Shown: positions 8,439 to 16,935 of the stretch, piece after piece
How the letters are laid out: every line of letters starts with the position of its first letter
How positions within the stretch are numbered: position 1 is the first letter of the stretch
From: a virus
Lineage: Duplodnaviria > Caudoviricetes
Reading direction: 5' to 3' (one strand)
DNA: 52,731 nt
IMG/VR virus record: IMGVR_UViG_3300037467_000956
Location: 1 to 52,731 of that record
Made by a program: the position numbers and the translations under genes
Notes under the pieces: generated by a model
The model's database searches: none
The model's input: the letters and a program-made list of their open reading frames with translations, nothing else
Told to the model about the DNA's origin: nothing

Positions 8439-9107
8439 ATGACAACGGCGGTCAACAGCGGGGAAAGAAGTGGTCCAATGAACCCTATGAACGGTGGAGA
8501 TCCAGAAGACGAACAGGCAGCCGCGGACAGAATAAGGGCGGCCCTTAAGAGGGTTTTAGCCGAAACAAATAAGAATTTAGCCCAATGGTGCTCAGAGGCG
8601 GGTGTGAAAGAAAACATAGTGCGAAACTTTCTTGCGGGCCGAAGTAGCTCAATTTTGACGAGCAATTTAATCAAATTGGCATCGGCGATTAGATACCCGG
8701 TCGGCCGGCTCATTGATGAAAACGCTCGACTCATGCCGCTGACCGGACGCATGATCGCCCGAGGACGTATTATAACTGTAACACCGGAGGAAAACGCCAT
8801 GCTCTTGGTTGAGGCCCCTCCCGATTATGATAGTAAAATGAGGGCCTTAGCGGTCACGGTCGACACGTTGCGACCGGATTTTGAGCAGCACGATACCGTC
8901 TATTATCGCGACACGTGGGAGCCTCCGGAAGGGCTCTACGGTATCCGTTGTGTGATCCGTCTTCCCGACGGCGAGCTAGTCGTCGGACGGCTCCGGCAGG
9001 GGTCCATGATGGGCACCTCCACGATTGAGCGCATCAACGCGGCACCCCTTATTGATGTGCAGGTCCAGGAAGCGACTCCGATCCGATGGGTGCGGCCCGC
9101 GCTATGA
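8439..9107 (+). CDS. CI-like repressor (HTH plus degenerate S24 peptidase-like domain); start uncertain (8439/8478)
   Basis: WCSEAGVKENIVRNFLAGRS HTH; S24-like C-terminus; divergent from cro. Confidence 0.85.
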   Translation: MTTAVNSGERSGPMNPMNGGDPEDEQAAADRIRAALKRVLAETNKNLAQWCSEAGVKENIVRNFLAGRSSSILTSNLIKLASAIRYPVGRLIDENARLMPLTGRMIARGRIITVTPEENAMLLVEAPPDYDSKMRALAVTVDTLRPDFEQHDTVYYRDTWEPPEGLYGIRCVIRLPDGELVVGRLRQGSMMGTSTIERINAAPLIDVQVQEATPIRWVRPAL

Positions 9108-9173
9108 GTTAGGAAAACTAGACTGAGCAGTCGAGTCTTTTCCTTTCGGGTTATCTTCTGATTATTTCTAGGC

Positions 9174-9211
9174 GGCGCCATCGCCCGAAAGGGGGTGGCG
9201 CCATTCTTTTT
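9174..9211 (+). terminator. Intrinsic terminator after cI
   Basis: GGCGCCATCGCCC-GAAA-GGGGGTGGCGCC then TTCTTTTT. Confidence 0.75.
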
Positions 9212-9272
9212 GGGTGAATTCCCGGTAAGCCGATCGGCTCCGCCCGCATATCGATGCACCAGTTTCCGGGGC

Positions 9273-9325
9273 GACCACATTTAAATGCGGTTCCGGCTTG
9301 ACGCCGGAGCATTTCCGAGCACAAT
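9273..9325 (+). promoter_or_regulatory. Operator plus PL-like promoter
   Basis: GACCACATTTAAATGCGGTT (9273-9292) followed by TTGACG (9298) and CACAAT (9320). Confidence 0.7.
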
Positions 9326-9393
9326 GCTCATAACGGGCCGCGCGCCCGGCTCACCGTCCCGATTGACCGACACCATCGCGGGGGAACCACCCG

Positions 9394-9681
9394 ATGCGCG
9401 AACCGCTCACCTATTACCTGCTCGTTTGGCGGCGCCGTGATCTCGGTTTGCCTTGCACCGAGACCTTTACCGATCTGGACGAGGCTTGCGCCGAGTTCGA
9501 CGGCCGCACCGATTTCCCGTGGGAGTTCGTTACCGCCGTGATGGTGGTCGACCGGCCCGAAGGCGCTTTGATCGCGCCGCTCAACATCCGCCACGCCACC
9601 GAGGCTTGGCTCCGCGACAAGGAAGACGATGCGCGCGAGCACGCCCGCACTATCGCCGCGGTCCGCCGGGGGATGGTGTGA
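9394..9681 (+). CDS. Hypothetical protein
   Basis: GGGGGA RBS; first gene of the rightward operon. Confidence 0.7.
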   Translation: MREPLTYYLLVWRRRDLGLPCTETFTDLDEACAEFDGRTDFPWEFVTAVMVVDRPEGALIAPLNIRHATEAWLRDKEDDAREHARTIAAVRRGMV

Positions 9682-9872
9682 TGTCGGCCATCATTCTGGT
9701 CATTTGGTTCGGGTGTCTGTCCGCGGTGTTCCTGCTGATGCTGGCAAGCGCCCGGTCGTGGATGACCTTCCGCGGCGAGATGTTGGCCGAGTTCGCCATT
9801 GTGCTTCTGCTCGGTGCGGTGTTCGTGTTCGGCATCCCGCTTGCAGGGGCGGCGCTGGGGATCGCGCCATGA
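9681..9872 (+). CDS. Small two-TM membrane protein
   Basis: Two hydrophobic helices; TGATG/ATGA overlaps. Confidence 0.65.
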   Translation: MSAIILVIWFGCLSAVFLLMLASARSWMTFRGEMLAEFAIVLLLGAVFVFGIPLAGAALGIAP

Positions 9873-10378
9873 CTTCGCCGCTCTTCCAGTCCGCGGAACA
9901 GGACCGGCGCATCCGCGATGAACTGCTCCGGATGTATCCGACCCTGGCCGAAGATGACCCGGCGCTTCTCGACACTCTCGACGGGGAAAGTGACTTCGAT
10001 CAGCAGGCCCGCGCCGTGCTTCGGTCGATCTTGATCGATGAAGCGCTCGCCGATGGCGTCGATGAATTGATGGTCGAGTGCCGCGACCGGAAGTCCCGGC
10101 TGGCGGACCGGGCGAAGGCGAAGCGGGGCGCGCTCTTGGCGGCGCTCGAACTCGCCGGACGGCGCAAGATGGAGTTGCCGGAAGCGACGCTTGTGGTCCG
10201 CGAGAACCCGCGTCAGCCGGTCATCACCGACGAAGACGCATTGCCGGCCCGCTATTGGATCGCGGCGGACCCCAAGCTCGATACCCGACAGATCGGCGCC
10301 GATCTCCGGGCCGGGCAGGACGTGCCCGGCGCCACGCTCGGCAACGGGTCCGTGTCCTTGCAAATCCGGAAGGGTTGA
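9869..10378 (+). CDS. Siphovirus Gp157 family protein
   Basis: LLDTLDGE, I.DE..LP..YW....PKLD, VPGATL. Confidence 0.85.
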   Translation: MTSPLFQSAEQDRRIRDELLRMYPTLAEDDPALLDTLDGESDFDQQARAVLRSILIDEALADGVDELMVECRDRKSRLADRAKAKRGALLAALELAGRRKMELPEATLVVRENPRQPVITDEDALPARYWIAADPKLDTRQIGADLRAGQDVPGATLGNGSVSLQIRKG

Positions 10379-10380
10379 CC

Positions 10381-11232
10381 ATGAGCGAGATCGTCAAGGC
10401 GCTGACCGCGATCATGGCCGAAGTCGGCAGCGTGAAGAAGGGCGGCCGGAACACGTTCCACGGCTATGACTACGCCCGCGCCGAAGACGTGGCGCATGCC
10501 CTGCAACAGGTCATGGCCAAGCATGGCGTGATGGTGATCCAGACCGAGAACGGCCAGTCCGTCGGGGTTGTCGGGGAACGCGGTTCGGTGGTCAAGCAAT
10601 CGTATCGCTTCTTCCTCCTCCACACCTCGGGGGAAAAGCTGACCGAGATCGACGGCGTTCCGTTCACCCATACCGGGGTGGCCCAAGCGATGAACAGCAA
10701 GGGCGGGTTGGACGATAAAGCCATCAACAAGTGCCATACCGCGGCCCGCAAGTATTTCCTGCTCGCCCTTTTCCAGATCCCCACCGGCGAGTTTGCCGAT
10801 GCCGACGGGGACGAGGAGCAGCCGGCGCCGGATCGCGCCGTCCGGGCGCGGCACCCTGGCCAGGGCGACGAGCGGAGCCGCGAGGCTGGCGGCGACCGCG
10901 CGGCGGGCAGGACGGAACCCCCGCCCGATCCGACCCCGCCCACGGACCGCCGCAACGAGCCGGCGGACACGCTTAAGGTCCGGTGGCAACCCGACTCCAC
11001 CGGCTATGCCATGGTCCGCGAATTCTCCCGCGGCATCAAAGGCGGGACGATGGCGCTCAATGCGCTCCGCGGGGCCACGGCGGCGAACCGGGCGACCATG
11101 GACATTCCCGAGAACCAGCAGTTGCTCGACATGCTGGAAGGGGTGGCAAAAGAGAACCCGGCGGCCGAACCGTGGTTCGCCGTCATCGCCGAAATCCGCG
11201 ATCTCCATGCCAATCCGCCGGGGCCGCAATGA
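10381..11232 (+). CDS. ERF-family single-strand annealing protein
   Basis: K.G.N.FHGY.Y...ED, DKA.NK..TAARKY.L..LFQIPT. Confidence 0.88.
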   Translation: MSEIVKALTAIMAEVGSVKKGGRNTFHGYDYARAEDVAHALQQVMAKHGVMVIQTENGQSVGVVGERGSVVKQSYRFFLLHTSGEKLTEIDGVPFTHTGVAQAMNSKGGLDDKAINKCHTAARKYFLLALFQIPTGEFADADGDEEQPAPDRAVRARHPGQGDERSREAGGDRAAGRTEPPPDPTPPTDRRNEPADTLKVRWQPDSTGYAMVREFSRGIKGGTMALNALRGATAANRATMDIPENQQLLDMLEGVAKENPAAEPWFAVIAEIRDLHANPPGPQ

Positions 11233-11735
11233 CCGGGGCGCCTGTCGTCGCCGGAGTGTTCGTGGACATCCGCCCGGTCCCGAGCCGGAACGTGGTCCGC
11301 GTCGCCGTCGAGTTCCCGATTGAGCAGGGGGACGATGTCCACGCCGCCTTGGGCGGTTACCCGAAGTCGGGCGAAAGCCGATGGGTGGCGCTCGCCCTGC
11401 TCGATCCCAACGCGACGGCGGCGCCGGCTCCGCCCGTCCGGCAGATCATCCCCCCGCCGCACAAACCGGTTCACGTCAAGGAGCCGCGCCGGTGGCGGGA
11501 AATGTCGATGTCCCAGCAGGCGGGGACCCTGTCGAATGACCCCGAGTTCCAAGCGTGGTGCGGCGCCGCCAATACCGAGGCCGCGGCAGAGTTCATCCGG
11601 TTGCGTTGCGGGGTCGGCAGCCGGTCGGAACTGAACATCAACCCCGTTGCCGCCGAGCAATGGCAAGCGATCTCGCGGGCTTTCTTCGCCCGGTTCGACG
11701 CGGCGCAACAGGAACATCGATACCAGAGGGGATGA
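11229..11735 (+). CDS. Hypothetical phage protein
   Basis: QQAG.L..DP.FQ.W, FIR..CGV.SR.EL motif; coupled ORF. Confidence 0.7.
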   Translation: MTGAPVVAGVFVDIRPVPSRNVVRVAVEFPIEQGDDVHAALGGYPKSGESRWVALALLDPNATAAPAPPVRQIIPPPHKPVHVKEPRRWREMSMSQQAGTLSNDPEFQAWCGAANTEAAAEFIRLRCGVGSRSELNINPVAAEQWQAISRAFFARFDAAQQEHRYQRG

Positions 11736-11739
11736 TCCA

Positions 11740-12195
11740 ATGAGCAACGCCCGTGATCCGTACTATGAACTTCGCGACGCGCTGATTGAGAAGATCAGCG
11801 CCGGTCTGCTCGGCGTGCCGTTCGAAGATCTCTACCGCGACAAGCGGGCGTGGCGCCTCGATCGCGGCGCGCGCCATGACGTGAATTTCCCTTTCCAGGT
11901 GGACGTTGAAGGCGCGGTTGAGGACGTGATTGAAGTCGTGCGGGCTCTCGGGTGGAAGCCGCCGCCGCGGACCGTGTTGCCGCCGGGGCCGGACTACAAT
12001 CGCCGGACGGCCGATGCGCTCGGCGTCGACCCCGTCGCCATGGCCTATATCGCCACGATGGACAGCACGCCGCCGGCCACGTCCGACGGCTGCCAGGCCA
12101 CGGACCCCGCGGGTTCTAGCGGGGACTATGGCGGATATTCCGGCGACAGCGGCGGCGGGTGCGACACGGGCGGCGGCTCGTCCGGTGGCGAGTGA
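11740..12195 (+). CDS. Hypothetical protein with Gly/Ser-rich tail
   Basis: GAGGG RBS; C-terminal GGYSGDSGGGCDTGGGSSGG. Confidence 0.65.
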   Translation: MSNARDPYYELRDALIEKISAGLLGVPFEDLYRDKRAWRLDRGARHDVNFPFQVDVEGAVEDVIEVVRALGWKPPPRTVLPPGPDYNRRTADALGVDPVAMAYIATMDSTPPATSDGCQATDPAGSSGDYGGYSGDSGGGCDTGGGSSGGE

Positions 12196-12374
12196 TGGAG
12201 ATCACGAAAGAGACGGTCCGGGACATCATCGAGGAAGTCGACGCGCTCGGCCTTCCCGATGGTGCCCATTGGATGATGGTTCACGAACGGCTCGGGCTGG
12301 AATATGGCGACGTGTTCGATTGGATCGCCGCCGATCCCGAGTTCTTCGGCTATGAATTGGTGAAGCCGGAATGA
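12195..12374 (+). CDS. Small acidic hypothetical protein
   Basis: TGATG/ATGA coupling. Confidence 0.65.
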   Translation: MEITKETVRDIIEEVDALGLPDGAHWMMVHERLGLEYGDVFDWIAADPEFFGYELVKPE

Positions 12375-12640
12375 CCAAGGCACGGGCCGAGATCGTCGGG
12401 CGGTTGCCGATCGTGTTCGGCCTTCCGGAGCCGGAAGCCGCCGCTGCGCTCGGGATCGGCCCGTCCAAGTTCCGGCAAATGGTCGACGCGAACCGCCTTC
12501 CCCGGCCGCGCCGCATCGACGGCAAATTGGTGTGGGACGTGGAAGATCTCTACGCCGCGTTCAAGCAATTCCCGGTCGACGGCGAGGAACCGGACCGACC
12601 CGACCCCGGCGGCGCCGGATGGGATGACATGATGGGGTGA
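12371..12640 (+). CDS. Excisionase-like (AlpA-type) protein
   Basis: EAAAALGIGPSKFRQMV....LP.P.RIDG...WD; directly upstream of the integrase. Confidence 0.8.
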   Translation: MTKARAEIVGRLPIVFGLPEPEAAAALGIGPSKFRQMVDANRLPRPRRIDGKLVWDVEDLYAAFKQFPVDGEEPDRPDPGGAGWDDMMG

Positions 12641-12672
12641 ACCATGGTGCTGGTCGGCCGCCCGATTATACC

Positions 12673-12707
12673 TTTACAAACCTCCGCCCGTTTCCTAAAT
12701 TTAGGAA
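12673..12707 (+). promoter_or_regulatory. Integrase promoter with palindromic operator
   Basis: TTTACA-17 bp-TAAATT; perfect palindrome TTCCTAAATTTAGGAA (12692-12707) over the -10. Confidence 0.6.
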
Positions 12708-12745
12708 CCACCGCACGCAACGATGCGGGGACTACGGAGCAGAGA

Positions 12746-13879
12746 ATGTACGTCAAGATCAAACATCTGAATAAGTTCACGGACCGGCACGGCAAGCGCC
12801 GGGTCTATCTCCGGGTGCCGGGCTGCAAGGCCGTCGAGCTTTTCGAACCCATCGGCACCCCGGCATTCATGACCGAATATGACGAAGCGCTTAAGGGGTT
12901 GCCGGTGGAAGTTACCACCCCGAAGAAGGCGAAGGCGGCGGCGCCGGCCGCGGGCGACCGGACCATTGCCGCACTCGCCAAACTGTATGAGTCGATCGTG
13001 CTGAACAAGATCGGCAACCCGGCCACGCGGCAGAACAAGAAAGGCCCGATGGATGCCATCGTGACGGCCCACGGCCACCGGAGCGCTGTTCTGTTCGACT
13101 ATGCCAACGCGGCCAAGATCCACGCCGATCTCAAAGACACCCCGGCGGCGGCGAATAGCCGTATCCGGGTCCTGTCCGAGATGATGGACATCGCCATCCG
13201 GCAGAAGTGGCGTTCCGACAACCCCTGCAAGGACATCAAACCGTACAAGGGCGGGCACCATGCCACGTGGACCGCGGAACAACTGGAGAAGTTCGAGACC
13301 CGATGGGAACTCGGCACCCCGGAGCGGACCGCGTATGAAATCATGGCGTGGACATCGGTTCGGATCTCCGATGCCTTCCTGTTCCGGTGGTCGGACTACC
13401 GCGAATTGCCGGCCGACGAACGAACCGCCGACATCCACGGGTGGTTGACCCTGCAACAGAAGAAGGCCGACGACGAGACGCAGGACCGCACACTGTTGAT
13501 CGCCGTTTCCCCGGAACTCGCCGTTGCGTTGGCGGCGTGGCGTGATGAACTCCGGTCCCGCGACGTGCCGTCCCTGGCAACCGGGGATGCAACGATCATG
13601 ATCAACCGATATGGGCGGCCGTTCTCTCAGAAGTCCGTTTCCAAGTGGTTCGCCGAGAAAATCGAGGCAGCAGGGTTGCCGGAGAAATGCGTCGCCCATG
13701 GCATCCGCAAGGCGGCGTGCAAGGGCATGGCCGACGGCGGCGCGTCGAACAAGGCAATGCAGGCGGTCAGCGGCCACAAGAACAGTCGGGAACTCGATCT
13801 CTACACCGCAGCGGCCGACCAACCGAAGTTGGCGGCGGCCGGGGTTAGCGCCTTGCGGGCGGCGCGCCGGGGGAATTGA
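12746..13879 (+). CDS. int: Tyrosine integrase
   Basis: DRHGKRRVY arm domain; catalytic R (VRISD), K, HGIRK, SGH, Y. Confidence 0.93.
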   Translation: MYVKIKHLNKFTDRHGKRRVYLRVPGCKAVELFEPIGTPAFMTEYDEALKGLPVEVTTPKKAKAAAPAAGDRTIAALAKLYESIVLNKIGNPATRQNKKGPMDAIVTAHGHRSAVLFDYANAAKIHADLKDTPAAANSRIRVLSEMMDIAIRQKWRSDNPCKDIKPYKGGHHATWTAEQLEKFETRWELGTPERTAYEIMAWTSVRISDAFLFRWSDYRELPADERTADIHGWLTLQQKKADDETQDRTLLIAVSPELAVALAAWRDELRSRDVPSLATGDATIMINRYGRPFSQKSVSKWFAEKIEAAGLPEKCVAHGIRKAACKGMADGGASNKAMQAVSGHKNSRELDLYTAAADQPKLAAAGVSALRAARRGN

Positions 13880-14124
13880 TCATGACCACCAAACCCACGC
13901 CGCGGGTCATCGGCGCCGCCGCCGAAGTCGATGCATCGAACCGCTGTTGCACCCGATGCGAGAAACCCCTTCGGGGGCGGATCGCATGGCTAGAACTCGA
14001 TCAACGCGATAACACCTATCACGATCGCGGCGACGTTCCGGCCGACAGGTCGCAAGGATGGTTCCCCTTCGGGATGGACTGCGCCCGCACCATCCTCGCC
14101 GGAGAACCGCCCAAACGCGGTTGA
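13879..14124 (+). CDS. Hypothetical Zn-binding protein
   Basis: CTRCEK...SQGWFPFGMDCA. Confidence 0.65.
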   Translation: MMTTKPTPRVIGAAAEVDASNRCCTRCEKPLRGRIAWLELDQRDNTYHDRGDVPADRSQGWFPFGMDCARTILAGEPPKRG

Positions 14125-14149
14125 CAGCGCCGATCTGGCGGGGATCATC

Positions 14150-14181
14150 AGGGGCCGGCATCTCGCCGGCCCTTTTCTTTT
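14150..14181 (+). terminator. Intrinsic terminator
   Basis: GGGCCGGC/GCCGGCCC stem plus TTTTCTTTT. Confidence 0.75.
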
Positions 14182-14192
14182 GGGATGCCGCC

Positions 14193-14453
14193 GTGACCGA
14201 ACCGACCGAACCCCTCGCCGTGGGCGATATCGTCCAGATCGATCCCGACCGCCACCATTGGGCGGCCGCCCTTGTGGTGGTGACCGAAGTTCGGGAATGG
14301 GGCGTGCAAGGCTATGTCGCCGTCCCGCAGCAGGGATTGGCATTCATCCGATTGCCCACCGGCACGTTCGAACATACCGGCGGCCGTGCAATCTGGATGG
14401 ACCGGGACAGGACGCAGGACGAGCCGGGGGCGGAAGATGGCAACGCCCGGTGA
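14193..14453 (+). CDS. Small SH3/KOW-like hypothetical protein
   Basis: GDIVQIDP..VVTEV..WGVQGY. Confidence 0.65.
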   Translation: MTEPTEPLAVGDIVQIDPDRHHWAAALVVVTEVREWGVQGYVAVPQQGLAFIRLPTGTFEHTGGRAIWMDRDRTQDEPGAEDGNAR

Positions 14454-14631
14454 TTTCACCACCGATTGGACGCCGACCAAACCCGAGGCGCCGGAGTTCG
14501 GATGCCGCGCCTGCGGATCGGATGATGTCTGGTATCGACGTTGGCTCTCTGCCTGCGGCGGGTTTGACGACATCGCCTATGAGTGCCGGACGTGCGGCCG
14601 GGAATGGTGGATCGATGGGCCGGATGCATGA
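14437..14631 (+). CDS. Zn-ribbon protein
   Basis: CRACGS..YECRTCG..WW.DG. Confidence 0.7.
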   Translation: MATPGDFTTDWTPTKPEAPEFGCRACGSDDVWYRRWLSACGGFDDIAYECRTCGREWWIDGPDA

Positions 14632-14840
14632 CCAGGAAGCCGGATGACGACTTCGCCGAACGCGCGGATGCCTTCCTCGCCGATCTCCGGCGCATCACCA
14701 TGAAACATGGGATACACATCGCCGGATGCGGCTGTTTCGGCACGCCCTTCCTATCGGGCCTTGGATCGAAGCAGAAACAGAAGGCGGCGAAGAACCGCTA
14801 TCGCCATGACGGCGAGTATGGCCATGTCACGTGGGAATGA
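14628..14840 (+). CDS. Hypothetical protein
   Basis: ATGA coupled; I.GCGC motif. Confidence 0.6.
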   Translation: MTRKPDDDFAERADAFLADLRRITMKHGIHIAGCGCFGTPFLSGLGSKQKQKAAKNRYRHDGEYGHVTWE

Positions 14841-14885
14841 CGGGGCCGGAAGCGCCCATGCTCGATACGGGGGTTAGATTTGTGC

Positions 14886-15058
14886 CTTACAAACCTTTTA
14901 CAAACCTTGCCGCCGATCCGCAGAATTCCGCCATTCTTGGGTGGGGGTTCTAATCGCTGCGCGATTGTGGAAACCGCAGAAATCCGCGGCACAGCGACTT
15001 ACAAACCTTATTGACCGCCCCATAGTATCCCGCCACTTCCCGAGCCGACTTACAAACC
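14886..15058. other. Putative attP (arm-type repeats and core region)
   Basis: (C/T)TTACAAACC at 14886, 14897, 14998, 15049; CCGCAGAA(T/A)TCCGC at 14918 and 14974; lies between convergent genes downstream of int. Confidence 0.65.
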
Positions 15059-15517
15059 CGATTGGGGGGGATAGACCACCCATTCGATATCGTCATGCTC
15101 GCCGAGGTATGCCTCGATCCGGGGCCGGACATCGGTCCATTCCAGGCGGCCGAGACCGCACCCCAATGCCGGCACGGCGACGGACCGGATGCGCATGGTC
15201 GCCGCCACGCTGGCCAGGGTGTCTAGGCCCTTGTCGATCCAATCGAGCCGGGACGGCCGCGCCCAATGCAACTTGGTCGCGACGTGGAAGATGAATTCCG
15301 GCGACCCCGGTTCCGGATCGGCGACAGTGCCGATGATCATCTGTCCGGGCAGCAACCATGACCGCTGGCATGCCTCGAAATAGGCATGGCACGCCGCCGG
15401 GAACCGGCGATGGACCGCCCGCGCCAGCCCCTTGCCCATGACCCCGACGCAGTTCACCGGGTTGACGATGGCTTGGCACCCCGCCGAGAACAGATTGCCA
15501 TCGCTATATCGGATCAT
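15050..15517 (-). CDS. Stand-alone DarG-type macrodomain (ADP-ribosyl glycohydrolase)
   Basis: GNLF...IVNPVNCVGVMGKGLA, ATKLHW...SRLDWI..GL, SVAVPALGCGLG.L.W..V. Confidence 0.88.
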   Translation of the reverse strand: MIRYSDGNLFSAGCQAIVNPVNCVGVMGKGLARAVHRRFPAACHAYFEACQRSWLLPGQMIIGTVADPEPGSPEFIFHVATKLHWARPSRLDWIDKGLDTLASVAATMRIRSVAVPALGCGLGRLEWTDVRPRIEAYLGEHDDIEWVVYPPQSGL

Positions 15518-15726
15518 GGGATCAACCCAACGGCCGCCATGAAGGCCAACGCCCAATCTTGGGTGTAGGCGCACCCGTTGCACACCCACCCGTCATCCGT
15601 CGCCCGCAACACGTGCCCGTTCGGACAGGTGAACGGGTGGACGTAGTCGTTCGCCTGCCACCGGTTTAGCCCGCGGGCGACGATTGGCCCCCACGGCGCG
15701 AAGATCCGGTCATCGGATTTGATCAT
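15514..15726 (-). CDS. Small Zn-binding hypothetical protein
   Basis: HPFTCPNGH..GWVC..C.YTQDWA; ATGA-coupled to the macrodomain gene. Confidence 0.7.
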   Translation of the reverse strand: MIKSDDRIFAPWGPIVARGLNRWQANDYVHPFTCPNGHVLRATDDGWVCNGCAYTQDWALAFMAAVGLIP

Positions 15727-15791
15727 TGGTTCCCCCACTCATGCCCGGCCATGATAGACCGCCTGGCAGCCGAGAACCAAGCGGGGGTGGC

Positions 15792-16040
15792 ATGAGATCG
15801 CGGCAACTTGCGTTCCGGCGCCGGGTCCGATGGCGCCTAGAGGCCCGCCGCGGCCTATGGCGCGGCGACTTCTATACGCGGATGATCAGCGCCGAATGCG
15901 GCGGGTGGGCAAAACGCCGGGAATTGGTCCATCTCGCCGAGCGCGCCTTGTGGCGCCGGGCGATGCGGATGCCTCGCCGCCGGCCGCTATACGGGTTCAT
16001 CCCGTTCCACCATCCCCGCCGGCCGCCGTCCCGCGGGTGA
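15792..16040 (+). CDS. Arg-rich hypothetical protein
   Basis: GGGGG RBS plus ATG; low complexity. Confidence 0.4.
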   Translation: MRSRQLAFRRRVRWRLEARRGLWRGDFYTRMISAECGGWAKRRELVHLAERALWRRAMRMPRRRPLYGFIPFHHPRRPPSRG

Positions 16041-16092
16041 CAATATGGATTTAATGGGGGTGATTTTCTCCATTTGACAGCGGAGCCAGATC

Positions 16093-16308
16093 ATGACCGC
16101 CGCCCCGAACACCACGGTTAACGCCCGCACGCTGGACGGTCTGTTGCGGCGCATCGGCCGCTATCTCCACGAGCATGCCGGCGACCGGCAATGGGCCTAT
16201 CAGCCGGACCACCCGGCGACCCTGCTATCCGAAGCGGAGGAGATGCTTTCCGAACTCGGCCGGCGAACCGGGTTGATCATCTTTCCCCCGCCGGTCCGCC
16301 GGGAATGA
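16093..16308 (+). CDS. Hypothetical protein (triplicated domain, copy 1)
   Basis: GGAG RBS; resembles N-termini of 16929-17363 and 18004-18381. Confidence 0.75.
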   Translation: MTAAPNTTVNARTLDGLLRRIGRYLHEHAGDRQWAYQPDHPATLLSEAEEMLSELGRRTGLIIFPPPVRRE

Positions 16309-16582
16309 CATCCCCGCCGCGGTCGGCTATGCTCGGGCCGGGGCCGAATGCTGCGGCGGTCTACATCTTGAAAATGTGGATGACCCCGCGTCCCTTGTCG
16401 GCCCCACCCCACCCGACGCGATAGGAACGCACGTGGCGGCCGTTCCGCCGGCCGGGCGGCGGGGGACTGCCCCAGAACCCCAAATGCCAGCCCTGCGGCT
16501 CCGCTGCGCGATCTAGGCCCTATCCGGGAAAAGATAGACCCCGCGCCCTGGAGGCTGCGGGGTCCGAAGTTGCTACAGAGCA

Positions 16583-16655
16583 GTTGCCCTGTTCCGGGTC
16601 GCATGGTGGGGCGACTTTCGCGGGGAAGGTCGACACCCGGAACAGGGCCGGCAAC
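16583..16655. ncRNA. Candidate structured RNA element
   Basis: 14-bp perfect inverted repeat GCCCTGTTCCGGGT/ACCCGGAACAGGGC enclosing small internal stems, in a non-coding gap. Confidence 0.35.
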
Positions 16656-16680
16656 AGGATGGCGGTCCGGGGCCTGTCCG

Positions 16681-16935
16681 TCAAGCGCCGGTCCCGTCGG
16701 CTCCCCGGAACGGCACCGAGACCGTTTTCATCAGATGCTCGGTATGGTCCATAAGCTGGCGGTTGCTCGTGGCCATGGCAGTAAGGGCGATTTCCAACGC
16801 CGCGATCCGGTGGCAAGCCTCGTCCACAAGGGAAATCCATCCCTGTTGCGGCGCCTCGCCGCCATGGGGACAGGTTTTCAGGAACTCCAGCACGGCGACC
16901 GGGTCAAACGTGGTTCTGGTCTGGCGGGTCAGCAT
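16681..16935 (-). CDS. Hypothetical protein
   Basis: GGAGG RBS; coiled coil. Confidence 0.65.
   Translation of the reverse strand: MLTRQTRTTFDPVAVLEFLKTCPHGGEAPQQGWISLVDEACHRIAALEIALTAMATSNRQLMDHTEHLMKTVSVPFRGADGTGA

Noticed and set aside
14828-14840. guaA-type att core (GTGGGAATGA)
   Set aside because: It is the end of a small ORF and lies outside the interval bracketed by the arm repeats
14935-14960. tRNA gene
   Set aside because: Only a T-arm-like fragment; no cloverleaf could be built
14886-15058. Repeats as a mini CRISPR array
   Set aside because: Repeats are only 10-14 bp, irregularly spaced, with no cas genes; integrase arm sites fit better
16586-16648. Hammerhead ribozyme
   Set aside because: CGAAA is present on the minus strand but the CUGANGA core is missing
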